Positions 27,047 through 36,829 of a DNA stretch of 64,000 nt are shown here, one piece after another. Positions within the stretch are counted from its first letter, which is position 1. The number at the start of each line of letters is the position of its first letter. The notes under the pieces were generated by a model that saw nothing but the letters and a program-made list of their open reading frames with translations, was not told the origin of the DNA and did no database searches. Origin of the DNA: an uncultured Candidatus Saccharibacteria bacterium (lineage in GTDB: Bacteria > Patescibacteriota > Minisyncoccia > Phycocordibacterales > UBA12088); the NCBI GenBank assembly GCA_964521185.1, contig CAZFRC010000001.1, positions 7,023-71,022 of the forward strand. Direction: 5' to 3'. The translations under genes were made by a program, and so were the position numbers.

Positions 27047-27403
27047 ATGAAGCATCATGATCGTAATAGAAAATTCAGTCGCGAACGCAAGGTGCGAAGA
27101 GCTTTTTTGACGTCTCTCGTCACCAATCTTATTCTCAAAGAAAAGATACAGACGACTGAAGCAAGAGCAAAAGAAATACGTCCACTTCTTGAGCGGTTGG
27201 TAACAAAAGGAAAACAGGGAACGCTTGCGTCCCGACGGTTGGTGCTTGCTAGACTCGATAACCATAGCAAGGCAACGAAAAAATTATTTGAAACAATAGC
27301 GCCTCGATACGAAAAAAGAGGTGGTGGATACACAAGAATTACCCGAACAGGAATCCGGGGAAGGAACGATGGTCGAACATACGCGGTCATTGAATTTGTA
27401 TAA
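27047..27403 (+). CDS. rplQ: 50S ribosomal protein L17
   Basis: MKHHDRNRKFSRERKVRRAFLTSLVTNLILKEKIQTTEARAKE... Confidence 0.95.
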   Translation: MKHHDRNRKFSRERKVRRAFLTSLVTNLILKEKIQTTEARAKEIRPLLERLVTKGKQGTLASRRLVLARLDNHSKATKKLFETIAPRYEKRGGGYTRITRTGIRGRNDGRTYAVIEFV

Positions 27404-27409
27404 AGACTT

Positions 27410-27763
27410 ATGGAACCACAAACTATTACCATTGATGCCGCAGGAAAATCAATCGGACGTGTAGCTTCCGAAGTGGCAACCGTTCTTATGGGAAAAAACC
27501 GAACTGATTTTGTTCGACACGCAATACCGAAAGCGCGCATAACTGTTTTGAATGCAAGCCGACTTCATATCAGAGATCGAAAGAAAAAGGGAAAGGTGTA
27601 TGAGCGCTATAGCGGATACCCAGGAGGACTCAAAACAGAGACACTCGGACAGCGTATCGCGAGGAAGGGAAACGCGGATATCTTAAAGAACGCAATACAG
27701 GGTATGCTACCAAAGAACAAGCTTCGATCCGATATGTTGCGACACCTTACTATAATCAATTAA
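27410..27763 (+). CDS. rplM: 50S ribosomal protein L13
   Basis: ITIDAAGKSIGRVASEVATVLMGKNRTDF...GMLPKNKLRSDMLRHLTI. Confidence 0.9.
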   Translation: MEPQTITIDAAGKSIGRVASEVATVLMGKNRTDFVRHAIPKARITVLNASRLHIRDRKKKGKVYERYSGYPGGLKTETLGQRIARKGNADILKNAIQGMLPKNKLRSDMLRHLTIIN

Positions 27764-27773
27764 TCACTCCTGT

Positions 27774-28178
27774 ATGAACACAAAAACCGAATATCTCGTA
27801 GAGACTGTCGGACGGAGAAAAACAGCCATCGCCCGTGTGCGGGCATGGAACACCGCGAAGCAGTCGGTAACTATTAACGACAAAACTGTTGAAGAATATT
27901 TTGATACGCCGGAACTTCGTCAAAAAGCTATCCAGGTACTAACCGCTTTCGAACTCCCCTCAAAACTTACAATGACAGTACGAGTTTCTGGCGGAGGAAC
28001 TTCTTCTCAGGCCGAAGCAGTATGTCATGGTATCGCTCGTGCCGTTGTATCGATATATCCAGAACTTCGAATTCCCATCAAAACTGGTGGATTTTTGAAA
28101 CGTGACGCTCGAGAAAAAGAACGTCGGAAATTTGGACTTAAAAAAGCGAGAAAAAGAAAGCAGTGGAGTAAACGCTAA
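27774..28178 (+). CDS. rpsI: 30S ribosomal protein S9
   Basis: VSGGGTSSQAEAVCHGIARAVV...KRDAREKERRKFGLKKARKRKQWSKR. Confidence 0.95.
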   Translation: MNTKTEYLVETVGRRKTAIARVRAWNTAKQSVTINDKTVEEYFDTPELRQKAIQVLTAFELPSKLTMTVRVSGGGTSSQAEAVCHGIARAVVSIYPELRIPIKTGGFLKRDAREKERRKFGLKKARKRKQWSKR

Positions 28179-28268
28179 TTCCTCCCGGAACATACACGCT
28201 TTCGGCAGAAAGACGGATGTAGGGATGTTTGTTGACACCCTGTTTTTTTTCATGCAAACTAATGCCGC

Positions 28269-28886
28269 ATGACAGATCATCATTTTAAAAAATCGATGAA
28301 TACTGATGGCTCTGACGTTGCCAAAGAGATGGAAGTAGAAGATGAAGCGTCCGAAGACCTTGCATTTGAGGCTGATAATGAAACGCTTCAGGATAAAATT
28401 AAAATTCTACGGAAAAAGCTTACGGAGTGCGAAAAAAAAGGTCTTGAATCACTTACGGGCTGGCAAAGGGCAAGGGCAGATCTTGTTAACTACCGCAAGG
28501 ACGTCGAATCACAACTTTCTCAGCAGACACAACGAGTAATTCGCGGTGTCATTGAAGAACTGTTGCCTGTATTGGACAGTTTTTCACTTGCATTTCAAAA
28601 TCCTACATGGAAAAATTTCGATTCTACGTGGCGAAAAGGTTTGGAGGGAGTGCGTGACCAGTTGCTTGTGTCGCTGAAAATGTATGGACTCGAACCTTTC
28701 GCCCCTTCAGAGAATGAAGTTTTTGATCCGAACCTGCACGAATCGATACAGTCGGTAAATACTACGTCAGAAGATCTTGATCACAAAATATCTCATACCC
28801 TTCAAGAAGGGTATCGTATTCACGGAGAGGTAATACGTCCTGCAAAAGTTATTATTTTTTCGTATAATGAAAAACCAAAACAATAA
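28269..28886 (+). CDS. grpE: Nucleotide exchange factor GrpE
   Basis: [21 protein letters not shown] and C-terminal beta-domain. Immediately upstream of dnaK. Confidence 0.9.
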   Translation: MTDHHFKKSMNTDGSDVAKEMEVEDEASEDLAFEADNETLQDKIKILRKKLTECEKKGLESLTGWQRARADLVNYRKDVESQLSQQTQRVIRGVIEELLPVLDSFSLAFQNPTWKNFDSTWRKGLEGVRDQLLVSLKMYGLEPFAPSENEVFDPNLHESIQSVNTTSEDLDHKISHTLQEGYRIHGEVIRPAKVIIFSYNEKPKQ

Positions 28887-28930
28887 AATTACCAGGTTTA
28901 ATTATATTAAAAGCAATAACTGAAATAGAT

Positions 28931-30799
28931 ATGACAAAGATTTTAGGAATCGATCTTGGAACTACCAATTCGGCAATGGCCATTGTTGAAGCAGGAGAGC
29001 CTCGTATCATCGAAAACGCTGAAGGAACACGAACTACGCCTTCTGTGGTTGCTATTTCAAAAACCGGCGAACGATTGGCGGGCCTGATCGCCCGTCGACA
29101 AGCCGTCACGAACCCTAAAAACACCGTATACCAAATCAAACGTTTTATTGGACATACATTTGACGAACCCGGGGTATCAAAAGACAGGGAAGCGGTTCCA
29201 TACGAGATGCGAAAGAGTGATAACGGAGGGGTTGAAGTGAAAATGGGAGAAAAATGGCATCGTCCCGAAGAAATTTCCGCAATGATTCTCCAAAAACTAA
29301 AACAGGATGCCGAGGCAAAATTAGGAACAACTATCACCGAAGCCGTTATCACCGTACCTGCATATTTTAATGATGCGCAGCGGCAAGCAACAAAAGACGC
29401 AGGAAAAATTGCCGGCCTCGACGTCAAACGCATTATTAATGAACCAACCGCAGCAGCTCTCGCGTACGGTTTCAACAAAAAAAAGAACGAGAAGATTGCG
29501 GTGTTTGACTTTGGAGGGGGGACATTCGATATTTCAATCTTAGAGGTGGGTGACGATGTTATTGAGGTAAAAGCAACCGATGGCGACGCGCATCTTGGAG
29601 GTAAAGACATCGATCAAAAGATCATCGCGTATTTGGGCAGTGAATTCAAAAAAGAAAGCGGGATTGATATATTAGCCGACCCATTGGCGCGCCAGCGTCT
29701 TGATGAAGCCGCTGAAAAAGCAAAAATTGAACTTTCCACCGCGGTGACCACGGAAGTGAACATCCCGTTCATCACTTCGGATTCCTCTGGTCCTCGCCAT
29801 CTCTTGCTCACACTCACACGCGCAAAACTCGAAGAACTGTCTACAGAATTCATTGAACGAGCAATGAGTATTACCAAGCGCGCGATGGATGCGTCACCGT
29901 TTAAGGTGGGAGAAATCCAAGAAGTTATTCTGGTGGGAGGACAAACCCGCATGCCAGCAATTCAAAATGCCGTGAAGACGTTTTTCAGCAAAGATCCTCA
30001 TATGGGTGTTAATCCTGATGAGGTGGTCGCAATCGGCGCGGCCATTCAAGGCGGGATTCTTGCCGGCGATGTCAAAGATGTGCTTTTACTTGATGTGATA
30101 CCACTTTCGTTGGGTATTGAAACTATGGGAGGTGTTGCCACTAAACTTATCGAAAAAAACACTACGATCCCTACGAGCCGTTCTCAGACATTTTCAACGG
30201 CAGCGGACAATCAAACAAGCGTTGAAATTCATATTGTGCAGGGAGAGCGGGCGATGGCAAATGACAACAAAAGTCTCGGACGGTTTATATTGGACGGCAT
30301 TCCTCCGGCGCCCCGTGGCATGCCGCAGGTCGAAGTAACGTTTGATCTGGACGCAAACGGCATCCTCTCCGTAACTGCAAAAGATAAATCGACAGGAAAA
30401 GAGCAGAGCGTCCGTATTGAGGCTAGAAGCGGCCTTACAGAAGAAGAAGTGAAAAAAATGCAGGCTGATGCCGCGGCGCACGAAAACGAAGACAAAACAA
30501 AACGAGAACTTGCAGAAATCAGAAATATTGCAGATCAACTCATATATACGGGGGAAAAATCTCTCAAAGATCATGGAGACAAAATTCCTTCCGAAACAAA
30601 AACAGACATCGAGGCCAAAATAGCCGCTTTAAAATCCGCACGTGAAGGAGGTGACGCTGCTCTCATTAAAAAAGAGACTGAGGCGCTTTCTGTCGTACTG
30701 CAAAAAATTGGAGAACTCGTGTCAAAAAACGCTTCTTCAGAACATACGGAGCCAAAGGAGGGAGGAGAGAATCCGATACGTGACGCGGAAACGCAATAA
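28931..30799 (+). CDS. dnaK: Chaperone DnaK (Hsp70)
   Basis: [46 protein letters not shown] and other Hsp70 signatures. 622 aa. Confidence 0.97.
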   Translation: MTKILGIDLGTTNSAMAIVEAGEPRIIENAEGTRTTPSVVAISKTGERLAGLIARRQAVTNPKNTVYQIKRFIGHTFDEPGVSKDREAVPYEMRKSDNGGVEVKMGEKWHRPEEISAMILQKLKQDAEAKLGTTITEAVITVPAYFNDAQRQATKDAGKIAGLDVKRIINEPTAAALAYGFNKKKNEKIAVFDFGGGTFDISILEVGDDVIEVKATDGDAHLGGKDIDQKIIAYLGSEFKKESGIDILADPLARQRLDEAAEKAKIELSTAVTTEVNIPFITSDSSGPRHLLLTLTRAKLEELSTEFIERAMSITKRAMDASPFKVGEIQEVILVGGQTRMPAIQNAVKTFFSKDPHMGVNPDEVVAIGAAIQGGILAGDVKDVLLLDVIPLSLGIETMGGVATKLIEKNTTIPTSRSQTFSTAADNQTSVEIHIVQGERAMANDNKSLGRFILDGIPPAPRGMPQVEVTFDLDANGILSVTAKDKSTGKEQSVRIEARSGLTEEEVKKMQADAAAHENEDKTKRELAEIRNIADQLIYTGEKSLKDHGDKIPSETKTDIEAKIAALKSAREGGDAALIKKETEALSVVLQKIGELVSKNASSEHTEPKEGGENPIRDAETQ

Positions 30800-30804
30800 T
30801 CACT

Positions 30805-31881
30805 ATGGGAGGTAAAGATTATTACAAAATATTAGGAGTCGATCGAAACGCTTCCAAGGAAGAAATTAAGAAAGCGTTCCGTAAACTCGCGCATAAATAC
30901 CATCCGGACAAAAAAGATGGAGATGAAGCGCGGTTCAAGGAAGTATCGGAGGCGTATACAGTACTTTCAGACGACCAGAAGCGTTCTACATACGATCAAT
31001 TCGGAGAGAATTTCCAAGGAACAGCGGGAGGAGCAGGGGAGCCTTTTGGCGGTTTCGATTTTTCGGGATTTAGTCAAGGATTTGGGGAAAATGGTTTCGA
31101 ATTTGACCTAGGCGACATTTTTGGAGATCTTTTCGGCGGAGGGAACCGAAAACGCACGCGCCGTGGAAGAGATATTTCTATCGATCTTATGGTTCCTTTT
31201 GTCGATGCGATATTCGGCACTGAGCGTAATGTGCTTCTCACCAAAACGAACGCTTGTGTTGCTTGTAAAGGGAAAGGAGGCAAGCCTGATTCGGGAACAA
31301 TACCGTGCGGAACGTGTCGTGGAAGCGGGCGCATTCATGAGGAACGACGAACAATTATGGGAACTGTTTCCACGGCGCGAGAATGTTCAAACTGTGGCGG
31401 TTCGGGAACCGTGCCCAAAGAACGATGTGAGAAATGTAAGGGGACCGGAGTCCAGCGAGAACAAGGAGAAATGAAAATTGCAGTACCTGCGGGTATAGAA
31501 AATGGTGAAATGATTCGTCTTATTGGGCAAGGAGAGGCCATATTAAATGGTTCTCCAGGAGATTTATATGTCAAAATTCATGTTGAGCCCCACAAGACAC
31601 TTCGTCGCGAAGGTCCTAATCTTTTAACCGAAATCTCTATTAAGCTGAGCGACGCGTTGCTTGGCGGAACTGCCACGGTAGAGACATTGGACGGCCCAAC
31701 GACTATCAAAATTCCTTCGGGAATCACATTCGGAGAAACACTTCGAGTGCGTGGAAAAGGAGGAGTCTTAAAGAACGGAGGACGTGGAGATTTGTTTGTG
31801 ACAACACGAATAGCAATGCCGCAGCATTTATCAAAGAAAGCCGAGAAGATTGTTGAAGAACTCCGAAATGAGGGGTACTGA
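30805..31881 (+). CDS. dnaJ: Chaperone DnaJ
   Basis: J-domain with HPD (YHPDKK), G/F region, four CxxCxGxG zinc-finger repeats. Confidence 0.95.
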   Translation: MGGKDYYKILGVDRNASKEEIKKAFRKLAHKYHPDKKDGDEARFKEVSEAYTVLSDDQKRSTYDQFGENFQGTAGGAGEPFGGFDFSGFSQGFGENGFEFDLGDIFGDLFGGGNRKRTRRGRDISIDLMVPFVDAIFGTERNVLLTKTNACVACKGKGGKPDSGTIPCGTCRGSGRIHEERRTIMGTVSTARECSNCGGSGTVPKERCEKCKGTGVQREQGEMKIAVPAGIENGEMIRLIGQGEAILNGSPGDLYVKIHVEPHKTLRREGPNLLTEISIKLSDALLGGTATVETLDGPTTIKIPSGITFGETLRVRGKGGVLKNGGRGDLFVTTRIAMPQHLSKKAEKIVEELRNEGY

Positions 31882-31903
31882 CCTGCTTTCTCTCCCCAGT
31901 TTC

Positions 31904-31934
31904 TTGATAAAATCTTTAATTTCTTTGGTATATA
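31904..31934 (+). promoter_or_regulatory. Possible sigma-70-type promoter (TTGATA, 18-19 nt spacer, GTATAT/TATATA) for the membrane-protein/ArgRS-like gene group
   Basis: Read directly: TTGATA 31904-31909, TATATA 31929-31934. The start codon GTG 31953 follows ~12 nt after the predicted TSS. Confidence 0.3.
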
Positions 31935-31952
31935 CTCTCTCCATGACTCGTA

Positions 31953-32477
31953 GTGTTTTCGAAGGATGAGGTTCCCAATCTTCTTATGGATTCAATAGCA
32001 TCAAGTGCACTTGCGGTAGGAGGAGATGCGTGGGGGAACCTCATGTCGCTTTCCGCAGACATACTGGTAATTATCGCCTTGTTTGGAGCAATATTCTTTT
32101 TTGCTACGTTTCGAGGAAACGATCAGTTGATAGGGCTTTTGATTGCTTCATACATGGGGCTCTCCATTGAAAATGCATTTCCGCTCGGTTCAAACCCTCC
32201 GCGTTTTCTTTCCCTTTTGTTATTTGTGGGTGCCACCACCGGCGCATACATCGTCGTCGTACGCTTGCTCTCTCTCTACGGCACTGAGGGTGGAATACGC
32301 ACGTTAGTGTGGCGTCTGATTATATCTGGAGTAGCGACAATTTTTTTCCTATCAATCGCCATACATGAAATTCCTATTGGATACACATTTGACATTATAA
32401 CTATTGACTTTCTTACAGAGCCCTACGCGCATTTTGCTGCAATCGTCTTGCCCTTGATAATTTTCTTCTTTTTATGA
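31953..32477 (+). CDS. Hypothetical polytopic membrane protein
   Basis: ORF track. GTG start at 31953 (alternative ATG 31986). 5-6 hydrophobic helices. Confidence 0.5.
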   Translation: MFSKDEVPNLLMDSIASSALAVGGDAWGNLMSLSADILVIIALFGAIFFFATFRGNDQLIGLLIASYMGLSIENAFPLGSNPPRFLSLLLFVGATTGAYIVVVRLLSLYGTEGGIRTLVWRLIISGVATIFFLSIAIHEIPIGYTFDIITIDFLTEPYAHFAAIVLPLIIFFFL

Positions 32478-32493
32478 TTACTCATCAGGTACG

Positions 32494-32522
32494 TTGACTC
32501 ACGCGATATTTCTACATATGAT
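32494..32522 (+). promoter_or_regulatory. Candidate sigma-70 promoter: TTGACT, 17-nt spacer, TATGAT
   Basis: TTGACT 32494-32499, spacer 32500-32516, TATGAT 32517-32522. ~40 nt upstream of the 32562 ATG. Confidence 0.45.
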
Positions 32523-32561
32523 ACATACGATAAGCATATTGCTCATTCAGCATCACTCACA

Positions 32562-33134
32562 ATGATAACTTCCGCATTCGGTATCGCATCTGGTGTCTTG
32601 ACACTCGTGGGCCTCTTAATATATGCGCGAAGCATTGTCCTTGGCTTCACCAAACCTTCTCAGGTGACTTGGAGCATTTGGACACTAAATGCGTTTCTCC
32701 TTCTCGGTAGTTATTATTTATCCGGCGCGCGCGATACGGCCTGGCTTTCGGTAGGATACGCCATCGGCTTGTGCGTTATTTCAATTCTTTCTCTGAAATA
32801 TGGCATCACCGGATGGGGCACGCTTGATAAAGTATGCCTTGCGGGAGCGCTGCTCGCTGCAGGGTTGTGGATCTGGACTGGATCCGCGTTATTGGCATTC
32901 ATACTCACACTCATCATAGATATGCTGGGCATTATTCCTACTATTTGGAAAACCTGGTTTGAACCCGGCGAAGAAGATTTAACATCTTGGACAATTCTTT
33001 TAATCGGTGGAATATCGAGTATATTTGCTATCGAAAAATGGGAATTTGTAGTTGCCTCGTATCCTCTTCAAATCACTGTTACTACACTAATTATTGTACT
33101 TTTTATCCTTATACGAAAACCCCAGCATTTATGA
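32562..33134 (+). CDS. Hypothetical polytopic membrane protein (6-7 TM)
   Basis: ORF track. Its stop TGA 33132-33134 overlaps the ATG of the next gene (ATGA). Confidence 0.5.
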   Translation: MITSAFGIASGVLTLVGLLIYARSIVLGFTKPSQVTWSIWTLNAFLLLGSYYLSGARDTAWLSVGYAIGLCVISILSLKYGITGWGTLDKVCLAGALLAAGLWIWTGSALLAFILTLIIDMLGIIPTIWKTWFEPGEEDLTSWTILLIGGISSIFAIEKWEFVVASYPLQITVTTLIIVLFILIRKPQHL

Positions 33135-34375
33135 TGCGAAATCTCCCAACTCCTGACTTCAACACAACAATAACAAACCCTCTAGAAGAACTACAGCACC
33201 TGGTTATTGGTGAAATCAATACAATCTATCCTGAACTAGGAGGAGATTTCAAATTGGTTCTTGAAAGCCCTCCCCCTCATATTCATGCAGATTATTCTTT
33301 CGCCGTATATACACTCTCAATGCGCATCAAACAGGACAAGAAGGAAATCGCCGAAAATATTGCTTCCGCAATTTTACGTACGCGACACCATCTGATTACT
33401 GCCGTGGACGTCGTGGGTCCTTATGTCAATGTTGTAATAAACAAATCTCGATTTTCTGAACAGGCATTGCTCTACATACAAAAACGCGGAGATCAATTTG
33501 GGGTTGAATATCTTTCCCATGAACCCTCAATGGTAATATCATATTTATCTTCTCAAAATACCGTACCCGATGGCATTGAAACATCACGCATGCTTTGGAC
33601 TGGCGGAATAATAGGACGCCTAGCCTCTAAAAATGGAACAAAAGTCACCCACGAATGGTACGGCTCCGACATTGCTTCCTTCGATCTTCTTCCTCATACT
33701 GATTTTCTGATCACACCACATATACGAAGCAATTTTTCTTCTTTAGGAGAAAAATTGGTCGCAGAGACGCTCCGTAAAGGCAAGGCGGCATATATTCCAG
33801 GTTCACGCGCGGTATTTTTAGACTTCAACGGCACCCCTTTTGTTCTTCAAAAACACAGTGGCCAAATCGCCAATATCGCCCAAGACATTGCGTATATTCA
33901 AGATACAGTGGCAAGAAATTCTCCAACCCGAATCATTAGCGTATCTCTCCAAAAAGAAGCGGACGATATGCGCGCTGTCTTTGATTGCGCGCGCTACCTA
34001 GAATGCCTTGCTTCCGATATTGCTTATTCCGCGACAACCATCCGTATACCAATAGAGGAATCTAATTCTGTAATTGATCCAAACACTCCGGCTGGAACAC
34101 ACCGAAATTCTGAAACACAATATTCAGATACGCTGAACGAAGAAGGGCGCCTCTTCGATCTCACGAAGACTCTCCTCCTGTTTCCTCGTGTGCTCCACAT
34201 TGTTCAACATTCTTTTGAACCAAACGAACTCTTTTCATTTCTTAGCAAACTGGAGCTTAAATCACGGCAGTTGCATATGGGCCCAGAAGTCATCTCGACA
34301 GTTCAACATATCCTAGAGGAAGGTTACAGATATCTCGGATTACAATTCCCCGACAAGAAACTGATGAATTTCTGA
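33131..34375 (+). CDS. Arginyl-tRNA-synthetase-like protein with degenerate catalytic motifs (pseudo-ArgRS paralogue or highly divergent ArgRS)
   Basis: ArgRS N-terminal additional domain: PPPHIHADYSFAVYTLSMRIKQDKKEIAENIASAIL...ITAVDVVGPYVNVVIN (cf. GDY..N.AM.LAK.L...PR.IAE.I...L...I.KVEIAGPGFIN). The core aligns with ArgRS (RLASKNGTKVTHEWYGSD vs [20 protein letters not shown]), but the HIGH position reads PDGIETSR instead of xHVGHxRS. The DALR-type C-terminus is retained (YRYLGLQFPDKKLMNF vs LDLLGIEAPERM). 414 aa, against ~550-580 for canonical ArgRS. The real start is the ATG at 33131, not the 32987 ORF-track start. Confidence 0.65.
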   Translation: MMRNLPTPDFNTTITNPLEELQHLVIGEINTIYPELGGDFKLVLESPPPHIHADYSFAVYTLSMRIKQDKKEIAENIASAILRTRHHLITAVDVVGPYVNVVINKSRFSEQALLYIQKRGDQFGVEYLSHEPSMVISYLSSQNTVPDGIETSRMLWTGGIIGRLASKNGTKVTHEWYGSDIASFDLLPHTDFLITPHIRSNFSSLGEKLVAETLRKGKAAYIPGSRAVFLDFNGTPFVLQKHSGQIANIAQDIAYIQDTVARNSPTRIISVSLQKEADDMRAVFDCARYLECLASDIAYSATTIRIPIEESNSVIDPNTPAGTHRNSETQYSDTLNEEGRLFDLTKTLLLFPRVLHIVQHSFEPNELFSFLSKLELKSRQLHMGPEVISTVQHILEEGYRYLGLQFPDKKLMNF

Positions 34376-35605
34376 AGAAATAAGTATCGGACGGTAATGA
34401 TATGTCCCCTTATATTTTGAGTAGTTTGCTTTTGGGCCATATCCGCCAAACGGTTCATTGCCGCGCTCCACATCGTTGAGGATCTTATTTTGCAAAACCA
34501 CTGTATTGGGTATTTCAAACGTGAGAGGATGTTTTGAAAATACAGAAGCATACATGGCAACATCTCGATATCTCGGAGCTAAAAAATATTGCTGCAACTC
34601 CGTCTCATTGGTATACACCAATATATAGAATACAGGACTAAAAAATTCAAAAGGGGTGAAATTGGAAAGATCCTTGAGCGTCTCCACGATTACCGTAGGG
34701 AACACTGTGTGGTGTTCATCTACCGTTCCTCCGTATACAATCGTGTTTTTATGTTGATCGAAAAACGCCTGTACTGTTGCCGACTGTTCGGATTTAAGAA
34801 GAGGGCCTATCCTGACGTCTCGGTTATGGTAATCTTCCCCTATGCGAATCTCTGCAAGTGAAGCAATGAGTTCACTTTTAAAATCAGAGAGGACACGTTC
34901 ATGAACAAATATAATGTCCGAACCATGGCAATCTTGCCCGCTGTTAAAAATCCTGGCTTCGATTGTCTTTGCAACTGATTCTTTCAAATCTGCCGAATCG
35001 GTGATCACGATCGGATTCACCCCATATCCGGAGTAGATAAAGAGAGCCTGAGGACAGGCAGCCTCAACATCTTTTGCGTTTTCGTATCGCCCAGTAAACA
35101 CCACTACGTCGGCGACAGATACAAACGCCTCCAGGTACACACTTCGATCCACGTCGACAAAACGCACATGAGGGAATACTGTATTAATTTCAAGGAGCTC
35201 ACAGATCTGCTTCATGAGATTCCGCATCAAAAGCGGCGGCCTCGCGATGAGCTCTTTGCTCATAAATCCAGGAACTATGCCGTAAAGGATAAGGGAATAC
35301 AGGGGAAGATTGATGGGAAAAAATACGCACATTAAATCCACAAAACCCTTTGAAAGAAAATCGTGTTCTTTGTTAAGATTCCGCAGACAATCAATCGATC
35401 TTACTATTTCATCTTTGACGGTTTCAAAACTTTCATACGTAAGCAGAAGCTCGGTCAGTTGCTCCTGCTTTGTTTCTATACAATGAATAAGCGTCTGTGA
35501 CGCGTGATCGATTTCAGTAATACGTTTTTTTACGTCTATGTCAGAGCGTAAATAAGAAGACACGAGTACTATCATACCATATAAATTGGAGGGGGGCTGA
35601 AGCAT
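34340..35605 (-). CDS. Aldehyde dehydrogenase superfamily protein (short, divergent)
   Basis: ALDH Cys motif FNSGQDCHGSD, Glu motif EFFSPVFYIL, and YSGYGVNPIVITDSADL (cf. ELGGKSPNIVFADADL). 421 aa. Its 3' end overlaps the ArgRS-like gene by 36 nt (convergent). Confidence 0.7.
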   Translation of the reverse strand: MLQPPSNLYGMIVLVSSYLRSDIDVKKRITEIDHASQTLIHCIETKQEQLTELLLTYESFETVKDEIVRSIDCLRNLNKEHDFLSKGFVDLMCVFFPINLPLYSLILYGIVPGFMSKELIARPPLLMRNLMKQICELLEINTVFPHVRFVDVDRSVYLEAFVSVADVVVFTGRYENAKDVEAACPQALFIYSGYGVNPIVITDSADLKESVAKTIEARIFNSGQDCHGSDIIFVHERVLSDFKSELIASLAEIRIGEDYHNRDVRIGPLLKSEQSATVQAFFDQHKNTIVYGGTVDEHHTVFPTVIVETLKDLSNFTPFEFFSPVFYILVYTNETELQQYFLAPRYRDVAMYASVFSKHPLTFEIPNTVVLQNKILNDVERGNEPFGGYGPKANYSKYKGTYHYRPILISSEIHQFLVGEL

Positions 35606-35673
35606 GCTCCCTCAAAGGTTGTGGAAAAATATCTATTCACACAAAGTTTATCTAGTAGTATTATAAAAAAACC

Positions 35674-36504
35674 GTGATGTTGCTCCAGCGTCAAATCGAT
35701 TCTCTTTTCTTAATAGGAATATACGCATTAGTTATTGCGTGGTGGATAACCATCTATGCACGGGGCATTGAGGGAACTTCTGAAAACTATCTGTTCAGTC
35801 TGCTCTATAGTGGAATGCCGCTTGGCTGGGGAATCATTGGATTCATGAGATCTCGAAGCTGGGGTGGGTTTTCAAGTTCAATGGGACGCGCGGTTTTCTT
35901 CCTCTCAGCCGGTATATTTGCGTGGGGCATAGGAAATCTTATTTTTGGGTACTACAATTTAATTCTTAAGGTTGAAATACCTTATCCTTCTCTTGCTGAT
36001 ATGGGATTTGTACTTCTGTATCCGCTTTCAGCTATCGGAGTGTTGTACCTTTCCCGCGCCACGGGAGCTCTGTCAAAACTACGCAGTCTTACGGGAAAAG
36101 TCATTCTGTTGATTATCCCTGTCTGTATGATGTTCCTATCTTATTACCTCCTAGTAACAATAGCTCGAGATGGAGTTATCACAAAACACGCAGGGGACCT
36201 GCTTAAAGTCATTCTTGACGTGGCCTATCCTATAGGCGATGTTATTACGATTACCCTTGCATCAATCGTATACGCTCTTTCTTTTCGTCAGCTCGGAGGC
36301 GTTTTTCGGACGCCCGTCATCCTTATTCTGCTTAGTTTCGTATCATTCTACTTTGCCGACTTTCTCTTTTCCTATACTACCACCGTCGGAACTTATTTTG
36401 TGGGGAAATGGGTAGATATCTTTTATCCGACCGCTTTTGTGCTTATCGGGTTGGGATTAAGCCTGTTAAGTCCCAACATCGTTTCAGAGTCAGTCAACGA
36501 TTGA
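35674..36504 (+). CDS. Hypothetical polytopic membrane protein (~8 TM)
   Basis: ORF track. Hydrophobic throughout. Confidence 0.5.
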   Translation: MMLLQRQIDSLFLIGIYALVIAWWITIYARGIEGTSENYLFSLLYSGMPLGWGIIGFMRSRSWGGFSSSMGRAVFFLSAGIFAWGIGNLIFGYYNLILKVEIPYPSLADMGFVLLYPLSAIGVLYLSRATGALSKLRSLTGKVILLIIPVCMMFLSYYLLVTIARDGVITKHAGDLLKVILDVAYPIGDVITITLASIVYALSFRQLGGVFRTPVILILLSFVSFYFADFLFSYTTTVGTYFVGKWVDIFYPTAFVLIGLGLSLLSPNIVSESVND

Positions 36505-36520
36505 TGCAACAAAAAGAATT

Positions 36521-36808
36521 ATGACGGCGGTAACCTTACAACAAATCGCAATTAATATCGTTAGAGAACAGGAACTTGTCATCGGACCCTTAGCTTGGAT
36601 TGAAGCGATGAAAGTCAGAGGCATACAGGTAAACCGAGAACAAAAGGAGCTACTGATTCTAAACGAGGATCCAAAAGAGACGGTGGATCGGTTGGTTGCT
36701 CAGTATGAACATCTTTTTGGCCTGGCATCAAAAGAGGTGTGCAAAGAGGCTGCCTCTGCTCTGATTGCTGATCTGCCTGAAACCGAAATTCCGAACAGTC
36801 TCCGATAA
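36521..36808 (+). CDS. Small hypothetical cytoplasmic protein (95 aa)
   Basis: ORF track. No motif recognised. Lies between the membrane protein and the histidine kinase. Confidence 0.4.
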   Translation: MTAVTLQQIAINIVREQELVIGPLAWIEAMKVRGIQVNREQKELLILNEDPKETVDRLVAQYEHLFGLASKEVCKEAASALIADLPETEIPNSLR

Positions 36809-36829
36809 TATAGACAGCCCCACGTTACC

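Noticed and set aside
28179-28268. Search for a CIRCE/HrcA operator or sigma-32 promoter upstream of grpE-dnaK-dnaJ
   Set aside because: No TTAGCACTC-N9-GAGTGCTAA-like inverted repeat and no convincing CTTGAAA/CCCCATNT elements. Only a TTGACA hexamer (28233-28238) with a poor -10.
28852-29610. 252-aa minus-strand ORF inside dnaK. Other long antisense or out-of-frame ORFs at 4548-4883, 17769-18179, 19727-20125, 21026-21463, 27055-27540 and 46919-47356
   Set aside because: All are embedded in strongly supported conserved genes (dnaK, ychF, S46 peptidase, alaS, rplQ/rplM, gltX) on the other strand or frame. Low-complexity Ser/Pro/Arg-rich translations typical of shadow ORFs.
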